Program-made: the position numbers and the translations under genes | Shown: positions 47,775 to 60,835 of the stretch, in pieces | Position numbering within the stretch: position 1 is the first letter of the stretch | Layout: the number at the start of each line of letters is the position of its first letter | From: Eledone cirrhosa | Lineage: Eukaryota | Assembly (NCBI GenBank): GCA_964016885.1 | Contig: OZ024741.1 | Location: forward strand, 237,150,001-237,214,000 | Direction of reading: 5' to 3' | Length of the DNA: 64,000 nucleotides | Notes under the pieces: generated by a model | What the model was told of the DNA's origin: nothing | The model's input: only the letters and a program-made list of their open reading frames with translations | The model's database searches: none

Positions 47775-48125
47775 AGTATAGTGATATATATGCATATTGT
47801 ATAGGTAGGTGTATTAAGTGGTTGTGGTGTAAAGGTAGGTGTAGTGGTTGTTGTGTATAGGTTGGTGTAGTAGTTGTGGTTTATAGGTAGGTGTAGTAGT
47901 TGTGTATAGGTTGGTGTAGTAGTTGTGGTTTATAGGTAGGTGTAGTAGTTGTGTATAGGTTGGTGTAGTGGTTGTTGGATAGTGATATATATACACTGTA
48001 TAGGTTGTAATGGTGGTGGTGAGTGTATAATGATATATACACTGTAAAGGTTGGTGTAGTGGCTGTGGTGAGTGTCTAGTGATATACATACACTGTATAG
48101 GAAGGTGTATGTGTGGTTGTAGTTC
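47775..48125 (+). repeat. GT-rich minisatellite (GGTGTAGTAGTTGTG...TATAGGT)
   Basis: Tandem units of about 22-27 bp, with an exact 49-bp dimer repeat around 47855-47968. Confidence 0.8.
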
Positions 48126-48149
48126 TTGTGTCTACAAGAGTGTCGGTTA

Positions 48150-48415
48150 CAAAGCTTGGCTAGATGTGGTTCTGCCACAGCTAAACACATTGCTGTCCTT
48201 TCTCATTAAACTCTGCCAAGTCCAATGCTGTGCAGGGGGCATATCAGGAGGTGCTGTGTAGTCTGGTTCAATGCCAGTCTCCCACAACGTCCCCATCCTT
48301 TAAATATCCCCATTTTGCAAGAGTGACTTTTGCACGTCCAACACCAGATCTTAGTCTGTTTAGGCATTTGCACACTGCATAGTTTGTATCTGCTCCAGGG
48401 GTAGTGCCTTGCTCA
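48150..48415 (-). mobile_element. Ingi/Vingi-like LINE C-terminal remnant
   Basis: Minus strand: PGADTNYAVCKCLNRLRSGVGRAKVTLAKWGY...CTALDL. Confidence 0.55.
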
Positions 48416-49064
48416 CCTTTATCTCCATTGTTGTTACAGATGAAGAGTTAAGTTTTTCTTCCCAGTGAGTTATAGTGTGTATAGCGTGTGTGTGAGGTAA
48501 TGTGTACTGATATGTACAGTATATAAGTAGGTGAAGGTGTACTGTGTGTTGTGGGTGTGTAACGTGTGTGGTTATTATAATTCAACAGTAACAATCAACT
48601 AACCTAGATTATAAAACAACTATATACAGGTATAATTATATATATATTTGTATATATGTAATTGATTATTTTAGTTATTTGTGTTTTTTAAATGCACACA
48701 TTTCAAATTGGAAATTGTCTCAATGCTTCTTAAGTCAACTGGTTATATATATATTTAGGTATAATTTATTATATAAATATATTTCCCTGTAAAGTTATGT
48801 TGGTACCACAGAACATCCAGTCCACTTGGTCGTGTAAGTGTCACAACAAAAAGCACCCAGTCCACACTGTAAATGTGGTTGGCAATAGGAAGGGCATCCA
48901 GCCATAGAAACCAAGCCAAAACCATTTCTGTATGAGCAAGACAAGGTCATCTGACCTCAATTTGCCTCAAATAGGACAACCTGTCTAAACCACGCTAACG
49001 TAGAAAATTGACATTAAATGGTGGTGGTGATGATGATGATGTATATATATATATGTATATATAA

Positions 49065-49596
49065 GAGGGATCATATGTTGTTTACTCGAGAGAAGACTAT
49101 GTTAAAGTGCAGGGCGATAAAAATAGACGGTAGCCACGGAGTAGGCAAACCCAGAAAAACCTGGGACGACTTGATAAATTCCGACCTCACACACTTATAC
49201 CTCTCCAAGACAATGTCACTGGACCGAAATCTTTGGTGCTACACAGTTATACAGAAGAGATGCCTTGCCTAAGTACAAAGCGAAACCAAACAGTCAGTAG
49301 GCACCACTAACAAAATACCCCCCCCCCCCCTAAATGTGAAGTTATGTTGGTACCACAACATCCAGTCCGAAACAAATGAGGTCGTGTAGGTGTCACGACA
49401 AAAAAACACACAGTCCACGCTGTAATGTGGCTGTGTAGGTAACACAGTAAAAACGTGGTTGGTGTTAGGAAGGGCATCCAGCCGTAGAAAACCCGCCAGA
49501 CAGTCCTATACGAGCAGGATAACCAATCTTGCCTCAAGTGGGAAAACTCCCGTCCAAACCCATGCAAGCGTGGAAGATGGACGTTAAACGATGATA
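49065..49596 (+). mobile_element. RTE 3' end plus UTR
   Basis: [28 protein letters not shown]; same UTR as the 41820 copy. Confidence 0.88.
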
Positions 49597-49782
49597 TATA
49601 TATATATTTGTATATACATATATATAATAATAATACTATTTATAGTTATGTATATAGTATAAGCAACTATAAACAGGAAGGTCAGTAATTTCTTATTACC
49701 TTATTACCAGTAAGAGAAATAGCTCAATGTATGAACATCAGTTGTTTTATATATATATATTTTATAATATATATATATATAT

Positions 49783-50112
49783 ATCATCATCATCATCATT
49801 TTACGTCCGCTTTTCCCTGCTTGCAAGGGTGGGACGGGACTGATTCTGGTTTGATTTCTACAGCTGGATGCCCTTCCTAACACCAATCTCATTTACAGTG
49901 AGTGCTGGGTGCTTTTTTGCCGTGTCACCTCCACGTCCACTTTGCAGTGGAATGATAGGGAACCCAGTCCCTATCATCTCATTTCTACAGCTGAGTAAAC
50001 TGGAGCAATGTGAAATAAAGTGTCTTGCTCAAGGAAACAACACATCACCCGGTCTGAGAATTGAACTCACAACCTTTCGATTGCAAGGCCAATGCTCTAA
50101 GTCATGTGCCTC
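49783..50112 (-). mobile_element. SINE family A
   Basis: Reverse complement of the 19462 copy; flanked by (TA)n. Confidence 0.9.
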
Positions 50113-50830
50113 TATATATATATGTATGTATATAAAAATATATGTATGTATGTATATACAAATATATATATGTATGTATATACAAATATATATATATATT
50201 TATTTATATATATATACAAATATATATATTATATATATATATAATATATATATGTATGTATATACAAATATATATATATATACAAATATATATATTATAT
50301 ATATATTATATATATATATATACATATACATTATGTAGAAATGGTCACACACTAGAGAGAGTGTGTTGCCCTATCTACATATTGTATTTTAAAGAGTTCA
50401 GGATTCCTTTTCCTTTGAGGTCATAATTTACAGGGAATAACAAGAGTCTATGGCTCCGTTAATTTATCTTGATAAATACATATATATATTTGTATATACA
50501 TATAAATACACATATATATATATATATATTTGTATATACATATAAATACACATATATATATATATATTTGTATATACATATAAATACACATATATATATA
50601 TATATGTATATACATACAAATAAATATATATATATATATGTATATACATATAAATAAATATATATATATATATGTATATGTATATACATATAAATAAATA
50701 TATATATATATATACATATAAATAAATATATATATATATATATATACATATAAATAAATATATATATATATAATATATATAAATAAATATATATATATAA
50801 ATAAATAAATATATATATATATATAAATAA

Positions 50831-50861
<31 letters not shown>

Positions 50862-50904
50862 TATATATATATAAATAAATATATATATATAAATAAATAT
50901 ATAT

Positions 50905-53245
50905 ATCATCATCATCATCATCATCAACGTTTAACGTCCGTGTTCCATGCTTGCATGGGTTTGGACGGGGGTAGTCCCACTTGAGGCAAGAGTGATTGTC
51001 TTGCTCGCATAGGACTGTCTGGCAGGTTTTCTACAGTTGGATGCCCTTCCTAACACCAACCACATTTACAGTGTGGGTCTGGGAGGTTTTTACCGTGTTG
51101 CCTACACGGCCACATTACAGCGTGGACTGTGTGTTTTTTTGTCGTGACACCTACACGATCTCATTTGTTTCGGCCTGGATGGCGCGGCACCAACATAACT
51201 TTACATAGAACGGGGTGGTGTGGATGGGGTGGGGGTGGTGGCGGGACGGGGTGTATTTTGTTAGAGATGCCTACTGGCAAGGCGGGTCTTCTCTGTTACT
51301 GAGTACCGCCAAAGGTCTCGGTCCAGTGACATTGTCTTGGAGAGGTGTAAGTGTGTGAGGTCGGAGTTTATCAGCTCATCCCAGGTTTTTCTAGGTCTGC
51401 CTATTCCGTGGCTACCGTCTATCTTTATTGCCCTGCACTTTGTTATACAGCTATCGACTTTCATGCGCATCACGTGTCCATACCAACGCAGCCTTCTCCC
51501 GAGTAAACAACATCTGATCCCTCTTATCTCTAATTTTTTCCTTAGTTCGTTTATGCTTTGCCGTTCACGTATATTACTGTTACACATCCAGCGGAGCATG
51601 CAAGCTTCGTTCCTCTCTAGTCTGCGTATATCCTCTGCACACAATGCCCAGGTCTCACTACCATGCAACATTGCTGTTCGTATGCAGGCATCGTACAACC
51701 TGCCTTTCATTTTTAGGGAGAACCCTTTAGCAGCTAATAGTGGTATAAGCTCTCTGAACTTTTTCCAACCAGTTCTGACTCTAGCTACAGTACTTTCAGA
51801 GCACCCTCCCCCACTGCTGATTTTATCGCCCAGGTAACGGAAGCTGTCCACTATTTCTATAGAACCCTCTGCGCAATTGAAAGAGCTAGTATTTTGTGGG
51901 CACTTGCTGCTACTTATTGCACCAGAACACCGGCCACATGTAAAATCTATGTTCTTAGTTAGCTTACCTGTGATCCCACTACATCTTTTATGCACCCATA
52001 CTTTGCATTTAGGACATAAAATGGAGTTTCTACCTACGCCTTTCCTACACACCGAGCACGACCATTTCCCAGAAGGGACCGCCGCCTTGTTTTCTTTCCT
52101 ACAAACTAGAACTTTGGTCTTAGCCAGGTTAATTTTAAGTCCTTTTGACTCTAGGCCGTGCTTCCATGTTTGGAATTTCTTCTCTAGCTCGGCCATTGAT
52201 TCCGCTATGAGTGTCAGGTCGTCTGCGTATAGGAGTTCCCATGGGCAGCCTGTCTTGAACTCCTCTGTTATAGCCTGAAGGGCAATAATAAATAGTAGGG
52301 GGCTGAGAACAGAGCCCTGATGGACGCCAACTTTTACGCTAAACTCTTCACTATATTCGTTGTTAATTCTAACCTTGCTGACTGTTTCTTTATACATGGC
52401 TTGTATAGCCCTCACAAGCCATTCGTCAACGCCTAGTTTTCTAAGAGCCCACCAGATAATGGAGCGGGGGACTCTGTCGAAGGCTTTCTCCAGGTCGACA
52501 AAAGCTAAGTAGAGGGGTTTACCTTTAGCTAGGTACTTCTCCTGTAGTTGTCGTACTATGAAAAGAGCGTCTGTGGTGCTTTTGCCTGACACAAACCCGA
52601 ACTGCATTTCATCTAGGTCAATTCTCTCTCTGATTAGTTGCGCTATTACTTTTTCCGTGACCTTCATGACCTGGTCGATTAATTTAATGCCTCTATAGTT
52701 ACTCCTATCTAGGGCGTCTCCTTTACCCTTATAACAGTTAACGATGATGCTGCTATGCCAGTCCTTCGGAACAACCCCATTCTGTACGACTTGGTTAACT
52801 ATGCGGGTGACCATGGTGTGTCCCACCGTGCCAGATGCCTTCAGCATCTCAGCAACTATTTCCGAAGGCCCAGCCGCCTTACCCGTCTTCATATCCTTGA
52901 TTGCCTTACTTATTATACTCCCCTCGACTAACACTGCTGGTCCCTCTATTGGGTCGATATGGGGGAGACTGTCTTTCTCCCATTTATTCTCCTCATTTAG
53001 TAGCCTTTCATAGTGACACTTCCAAGCTACCTTCTTATCAGTGTCGGTGATGGCAAGTATGCCATCATCGTTAAGTACACACTTCTCCCCGACAATATCA
53101 CGGTTTTCCTTGACGCATTGCCTAGCAATCCTGAACACCTCACGTTTTTGGTCATCGCGTTGTAGAACATGCTTGAACTTTCTTTCCTCAGCTTCCCTTC
53201 TTGCTAAGTACACTTCTCTCCTAGCTTCCCTCCTGGCCACTTGAT
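50905..53245 (-). mobile_element. Young 5'-truncated RTE LINE with open RT reading frame (53245-51261) and 3' UTR
   Basis: About 660 codons without stops: NYRGIKL, QFGF, FVDLEKAFD, GVHQGSVLSPLLF, YADD, an embedded C4HC3-like finger and RRLRWYGHV. No endonuclease domain. Confidence 0.95.
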
Positions 53246-53251
53246 ATATAA

Positions 53252-53285
<34 letters not shown>

Positions 53286-53288
<3 letters not shown>

Positions 53289-53435
53289 TGTTAGGAAAGG
53301 CATCCAGCTGTAGAAAACCCGCCAGACAGTCCTATGCGAGCAAGACAATCACTCTTGCCTCAAGTGGGAAAACCCCCGTCCAAACCCATGCAAGCATGGA
53401 ACACGGACGTTAAACGTTGATGATGATGATGATGA

Positions 53436-53440
<5 letters not shown>
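53286..53440 (+). mobile_element. RTE extreme 3' tail only
   Basis: TTGGTGTTAGGAAAGGCATCCAG...GGACGTTAAACG(TGA)n between (TA)n tracts. Confidence 0.85.
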
Positions 53441-53495
<55 letters not shown>

Positions 53496-53603
53496 ATATA
53501 CATATATATATATATATATATTTGTATATACATATATATATATATTTGTATATACATATATATATATATTTGTATATACATATATATATATATTTGTATA
53601 TAC

Positions 53604-53651
<48 letters not shown>

Positions 53652-53653
<2 letters not shown>

Positions 53654-56342
53654 AAATAAGACATGTTCTAAATAGAACTACTGTGACAGTAATATCTGCG
53701 TACGCACCACAATCCGAACTGCCTGGCACTATAAAAGACAGATTCTATGAGACACTGATGCTCACTACCTCCCAAATAACCGACAGTGACTATATAATTA
53801 TTGCTGGCGACCTAAATGGTCACGTTGGACAACATTGTGACGGCTATGACGGAATCCATGGAGGCTATGGGTTTGGTACTAGAAATGAGGAAGGCTCCAG
53901 AATCCTGGAATTCTGTGACGCAAATAACCTAACTATCTGTAACACTAACTTCAAAAAAACGAGACAATCACTTGATCACCTACAGATCAGGGGAACATAC
54001 CAGCCAGGTAGATTATATCCTTACCAGAAGACGTGACAGAGTGTCTGTTGTAAACACTAAATCCCTCCCCCATGAAGAATGCACCTCTCAACATAGACTG
54101 ATAATTAGCGACCTCATAGTCAGGACGAGACGTACTCGACAACAGAAGAGGACTATCCTCAGGAGAAAAATATGGAAGCTAAAGGACCCCACAACCAGTA
54201 ATAAATTTAAAAGCATATTACTTGATGCTTTTGACAGTAAGGAAGAGCAATTAGAGTCGTACAATATAGAGGAACAGTGGGAATTCCTGAAAGCAAACCT
54301 GCTGATGGCGGCAGACGAAGTCTGTGGCTGGAGCAGGCCTATAGGCAGGAGGAGAGTAATGTGGTGGTGGAACAGTAAGGTGGATGAGTCAATTAAGGCC
54401 AAAAAACAGGCTTGGAAAGTATGGCGGGATGGGGGAAGTAGAGAAGACTATCAAGTGGCCAGGAGGGAAGCTAGGAGAGAAGTGTACTTCGCAAGAAGGG
54501 AAGCAGAGAAAAGAAAGTTCAAGCATGTTCTACAACGCGAGGACCAAAAACGTGAGGTGTTCAGGATTGCTAGGCAATGTGTCAAGGAAAACCGTGATAT
54601 TGTCGGGGAGAAGTGTGTCCTTAATGATGATGGTGTACTTGCCATCACTGACGCTGATAAGAAGGTAGCTTGGAAGTGTCACTACGAAAGGCTACTAAAT
54701 GAGGAGAATAAATGGGAGAAAGACAGTCTCCCCCACATTGATCCAATAGAGGGACCAGCAGTGTTAGTTGAAGGTAGTATAATAAGTAAGGTAATCAAAG
54801 ATATGAAGACGGGTAAGGCGGCTGGGCCTTCGGAAATAGTTGCTGAAATGCTGAAAGCTTCTGGAACGGTAGGACACACCATGGTCACCCGGATAGTAAA
54901 CCAAGTCATACAGAATGGGGTTGTTCCGAAGGACTGGCGTAGCAGCATCATCATTAACTGCTACAAGGGTAAAGGAGATGCCCTAGATAGGGGTAACTAT
55001 AGAGGCATTAAATTAATCGACCAGGTCATGAAGGTCACAGAAAAAGTAATAGCGCAACTAATCAGAGAGCGAATTGATCTAGATCAAATGCAGTTCGGGT
55101 TTGTGTCAGGTAAAAGTACCACAGACGCTCTTTTCATTGTACAACAACTACAGGAGAAGTACCTAGCTAAAAGTAAACCCCTATACTTAGCTTTTGTTGA
55201 CTTGGAGAAAGCCTTTGACAGAGTCCCCTGTTCCATTATCTGGTGGGCTCTTAGAAAACTAGGTGTTGATGAATGGCTTGTGAGAGCTATACATGCCATG
55301 TATAAAGAAACAAGGTTAGAATAAACAACGAATATAGTGAAGAGTTTAGCGTAAAAGTTGGTGTTCATCAGGGCTCCGTTCTTAGCCCCCTACTATTTAT
55401 TATTGCCCTTCAGGCTATAACAGTGGAGTTCAAGACCGGCTGCCCATGGGAACTCCTATACGCAGATGATCTAACGCTCATAGCTGAATCAATTGCTGAA
55501 CTAGAGAAGAAATTCCAAACATGGAAGCATGGCCTAGAATCAAAAGGCCTTAAAATTAACCTGTCTAACACTAAAGTTCTAGTTTGTAGGAAGGAAAATA
55601 GGGCACCGGTTCCATCCGGGAAATGGCCATGCTCAATGTGTAGGAAAGGAGTAGGTAGAAACTCCATTTTATGTCCCAAATGCAAAGTATGGGTGCATAA
55701 AAGATGTAGTGGGATCACAGGTAAGCTAACTAAGAACATAGATTTTATATGTGGCCGGTGCTCTGGTGCAATAAGTAGCAGCAAGTGCCCACCGAATACT
55801 AGCTCATTCCATTGCACAGATGGTTCTATAGAAATAGTGGACACCTTCTGTTACTTGGGTGACAAAATCAGCAGTGGTGGAGGGTGCTCTGAAAGTATAG
55901 TAGCTAGAGTCAGAACCGGATGGAAAAAGTTCAGAGAGCTTATACCACTATTAGCCGCTAAAGGGTTCTCTCTAAAAATGAAAGGCAGGCTGTATGATGC
56001 CTTCATACGAACAGCAATGTTACATGGCATTGTGTGCAGAGGATATACGCAGACTGGAGAGGAACGAAGCTTGGATGCTCCGCTGGATGTGTAATAGTAA
56101 TATACGTGAACGGCAAAGCATAAACGAACTAAGGGAAAAATTAGAAATAAGAGGGATCAGATGTTGTTTACTCAAGAGAAGACTACGTTGGTATGGTCAC
56201 GTGATGCGCATGAAAGACGACAGTTGTATAAAAAAGTGCAGGGCAATAAAAATAGACGGTAGCGACGGAGTAGACAGACCCAGAAAAACCTGGGACGACT
56301 TGATAAATTCCGACCTCACACACTTACACCTCTCCAAGACAA
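53652..56342 (+). mobile_element. Near-full-length RTE LINE ORF2 (AP endonuclease + RT + PHD-like finger), frameshifted
   Basis: [32 protein letters not shown] (APE), followed by RT motifs and YADD. Frameshifts lie near 53960, 55312 and 56028; the 3' end is cut by SINE C. Confidence 0.95.
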
Positions 56343-56570
56343 TTTGGCCGGTGCTTATCCCGGTTTCATGACTCCTCCATGAACAGGACAGGACGCCAGT
56401 CCATCGTAGGCTTAAACCCCCAGCTATTGCTGGTACTCATTTTCAGCTGAGTATACTGGAGCAACATGAAATGAAGTGTTTTGCTCAAGAACACAACCCG
56501 CAACCACGTAATCGAACCCATGGCATTATGATCGTAAGTCCAATACCCTGATTACTAGGCCACGTGCCTC
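56343..56570 (-). mobile_element. SINE family C
   Basis: Matches 45412-45645; B-box complement AATCGAACCC. Confidence 0.78.
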
Positions 56571-56833
56571 CCCAGAAATAGCCTTCGAAACGGCTTGAGC
56601 TCTGCCGTAGGGGTCATACTTTTTCCTATTTCCCACTCTACTACCCTAAGTATTGAGTACTCTGATGCGTTATGGTCCATCTGGTTCCTTACCACAATTC
56701 CTTCGTTATATATATATATTTATATGTATATATATATTTATGTATTATATATATGTGTATGTTTATATATATATATATATTTATGTATATGTATATAGAT
56801 ATATTTATGTATATGTATATAGATATATTTATG

Positions 56834-56864
<31 letters not shown>

Positions 56865-57008
56865 TAATGTATATATATATATATATATTAATGTATAAAT
56901 ATATATATATATTTATATATAAACATATATATATATATATATTTATGTATATGTATATATATATATATATAGTTATATATATATATATATATATTTATGT
57001 ATATGTAT

Positions 57009-57040
<32 letters not shown>

Positions 57041-58659
57041 ATATACATATATTTATGTATATGTATATATATATATTTATATGTATATATATATTTTTAT
57101 ATATGTATATATATATATTTTATATATATATATATATTTATATTTATTAAATTACAGATTAAAGTTTAAGCAAAGAATCGCTGCTTTCACCCTTAATGGG
57201 TTCTTCTGAAACTAAAAAAATCAATCTGTGAACGCAGAAGTAAATATTTTGAAAGACGTTGCAACCGAAGGAAAACAGGAAGATGATACTTTGGTTCGTG
57301 AAGACGTTCCCTGACAATTAACGGAAAAAACAAAGATAATATGTCGTTATGTGGAGCGATGAGAACAATTACATGCAAAGACAAAACCACGTTTATGGTA
57401 TAAATGGAGTCGTCGACTAATATTCTATTTAGGAAACCGAATGATTCTCGCTTCGGAGTTAAGAATAATGTAAATCAATTAGTTGATCGAAAATGACAGA
57501 GGTTATTAAAATCATAAAAGTAATAATAGTTAAATATACACATACACACATCTAAGTACGTACATACACGTGCAAATGCGAAATCACATGCCATGAGTGC
57601 ATATACATGCACATACACATAAACACGTACCGGCACGACACATATAAATATATGTGTATTTGGTGTATAAATATATGTGTGTATATATACATATAATTAT
57701 ATATACATATATAAATATACACGCATAAATAACGCACACAGGATTTATATAGATATTTACATATATATGTGGTTGTTTTTGTATATGTATGCATGTACGT
57801 ATGGATGTAGATGTATATTTATATATGTATATGTATGTGTGTGTATATGTGTATGTATATGTATGTGTATCGTTGGGTAAGTGTATGAGTTGTATGTTTT
57901 GTATATGTGTATTGGGTAAGTATGAGCGTGTTTGTATGTTTGCTCGTATGTATGGTATGTATATGTGTACTTAGGGTTTTGGTATACGTACGTTTGGTGA
58001 ACATGTGTATTTATCTGTAGGTATGTGTGTGTGTGTGTGTGTTATATACACATTTATGCATGTATATTTATATATGTATATATAATTATTTGTATATACA
58101 CACACATATTTATATGTGTATTTGGTGTATACGTTCGTATAATGATTTTAATAACCTCTGTCACTTTCATTCAACTAATTGATATACATTATTCTTAACT
58201 CCGAACCCGAGAATCATTCGGTTTCCTATATAGAATATTAGTCTACGACTCCATTTATACCATAAACGTGGTTTTGTCTTTGCGTGTAATTGTTCTCAGC
58301 GCTCCACATATCGACATATTATCTTCGTTTTTTCCGTTCACTGCCAGGGAACGTCTTCACGAACCAAAGTATCGTCTTCCTCTTTTCCTTCGGTTACAAC
58401 GTCTTTCGAAATATTTACTTCTGCGTTCACAGATTCATTTTTTTTTAGTTTCAGAAGATTCCGTTAAGGGTGAAAGCAGCGATTCTTTGCTTAAACTTTA
58501 ATCTGTTAATTTAATAAATACAAATATATATACATATATAAAAATATATATATACATATAAATATATATATAAATACATAGACATAAATATATGTATATA
58601 TATAAATATATATACATATAGATATATATATATACATATACATATATATATAAATATAC

Positions 58660-58702
<43 letters not shown>

Positions 58703-58963
58703 AATATATATATATATGTTTATATATAAATATATATAAATATATATATAAATATACATATATATATACATATACATAAATATATATATATATATGTTTA
58801 TATATAAATATATATAAATATATATATAAATATATATATATATACATAAATATATATATATATACATAAATATATATATATATACATATGCATAAATATA
58901 TCTATATACATATACATATATATATATGTATATGTAAACATACACATATATATAATACATAAA

Positions 58964-58993
<30 letters not shown>

Positions 58994-58994
<1 letters not shown>

Positions 58995-59532
58995 TTTTTG
59001 AAATTTATTTTGAAACTTTTTCTTATTTGCTAAACCTTGATTATATATGTTCTGGCTCGTTAATTTATTAACCTGCCATTGAACCACATTGGCATATGGT
59101 TGGACAATACATGTGTCCCTGGACGCTTTTTGCGTGTAGGGATATATACTTTATTATTATTATTCTCCTCTTGGTCGAGAAAAAATGTGGTCGTTTTGAC
59201 TGCTGCTAGTTATAGTGGTAGTAGACTGACCTCCCTGCCTCTGCTTCTATCTTTACACACGGCACTGGACAGAATTGCTTCCACATCATTCATTCTCATC
59301 TCGAGAACAATTTTGAATAGCGCCAGTTCGTAATTTGAACTCGTGAATTTTATATTCTCTGAGTGAAAAGAACCTTCTGACGAGAGTTTATCTTTACAAT
59401 GGAAGGCTGCAAGGACTGTCCATTTATTTTTGAGACTCGAAACCGATTCGGTAAAGGTAACCATAGTGAGTACAGTGAATTTTTTGAAATTTATTTTGAA
59501 ACTTTTTCTTATTTGCTAAACCTTGATTATAT
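58994..59532 (+). mobile_element. Element of about 490 bp with terminal direct repeat and hammerhead (Penelope/retrozyme-like)
   Basis: TTTTTGAAATTTATTTTGAAACTTTTTCTTATTTGCTAAACCTTGATTATATAT occurs at both ends; hammerhead at 59372-59458. Confidence 0.7.
59372..59458 (+). ncRNA. Type I hammerhead ribozyme (canonical core, long stem II)
   Basis: ACCTT CTGACGA GAGTTT...(AATGGA/TCCATT)...AGACTC GAAAC CGATTCG GTA AAGGT. Confidence 0.75.
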
Positions 59533-59602
59533 ATATATATATATATATATAAAGATATACATATATATATATATATATATGTGTATATTTATATATATAT
59601 GT

Positions 59603-59732
59603 GGCTTTCCTGATGATTTCCTTTGAATTAAACAGTTCTAGTCCTGTAGAAGCCATTACTATATTAAATATTTATACTTTGCTATGTATTGAGTACCTTA
59701 CTTACTGTGGTTACCCCCAATTGTACCTGACA
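59603..59732 (+). mobile_element. Decayed hammerhead plus GAGTAC tail
   Basis: GGCTTTC CTGATGA TTTC-CTTT-GAAT TAAAC AGTTCTAGTCCT GTA GAAGCC, with G12 changed to T. Confidence 0.5.
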
Positions 59733-59913
59733 CACACATATATATATATAAATATAACGAAGGAATTGTAGTAAGGAACCAGATGGACCATAACGCACCA
59801 GAGTACTCAATACTTAGGGTAGCAGAGTGGGAAATAGGAAAAAGTATGACCCCGACGGCAGAGCTCAAGCCGTTTCGACGGCTATTTCTGGACTCCGTTG
59901 GATCATACTTTTT

Positions 59914-59949
<36 letters not shown>

Positions 59950-59955
<6 letters not shown>

Positions 59956-60105
59956 AACAAGTAAGACCCCGACGGCTGAGCTCAAGCCGTTTCGACGGCT
60001 AATTCTGGGGTCTTACTTGTTCCTATTACCCACTCTACTACCCTAAGTATTGAGTACTTTGGTGCGTTATGGTCCATCTGGTTCCTTACCACATTTCCTT
60101 CGTTA
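59950..60105. repeat. Family D partial copy joined to an inverted copy
   Basis: ATAGGAACAAGTAAGACCCC...GGGGTCTTACTTGTTCCTAT foldback continuing into the D tail. Confidence 0.75.
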
Positions 60106-60542
60106 TATATATATATATATATATACACATATATACATATAGATATATACATATAGAAATACAAATATATATATATATATATAAAGAATTCAATGTTTGA
60201 AGGCAATGACAATGCGGACTGCACAAACAATTAAGTCGTAAGAAACGAAGAGTGTCTTGTATATGTCTTGATATTTTGAAACTTACATCTCTTCTTCCGA
60301 GGAAAATAAAGGAATATTCTAGTGTCCGATGCAGACAAATATAAATATATATATATAAATAAATACAACTATAATAATACAAATATAAATATATATATAT
60401 ATATATATGTGTATATATATATATATGTATATGTATATATAAAAAATATAATATATATATACATATGTATCTGTATATATGAATATATATGTATATTTAA
60501 ATATATATATGTAAATACAATACATCTATATATATATATGTG

Positions 60543-60573
<31 letters not shown>

Positions 60574-60590
60574 ATGTGTGTGTATATAAT

Positions 60591-60623
<33 letters not shown>

Positions 60624-60634
60624 GTGTGTGTATA

Positions 60635-60679
<45 letters not shown>

Positions 60680-60682
60680 ATA

Positions 60683-60727
<45 letters not shown>

Positions 60728-60730
60728 ATA

Positions 60731-60802
<72 letters not shown>

Positions 60803-60835
60803 TAGGAGGTTAACTATATGTACAAACATTGCTAG

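Larger units (their letters stand above)
56571..59890. repeat. Large foldback: arms D-(TA)n-E ... E-(TA)n-[insert]-D
   Basis: 56571-57511 is mirrored by 58145-58990 plus 59755-59890, including interruptions within the microsatellite. Confidence 0.75.

Noticed and set aside
47720-47776. Possible small coding exon ending CAG/GTAAAG
   Set aside because: Weak AAG acceptor, no partner exons and no recognisable protein.
53246-53348. N-terminus of the 695-aa ORF as a real start
   Set aside because: It is antisense RTE tail plus TA repeat fused by chance to a 5'-truncated RT frame.
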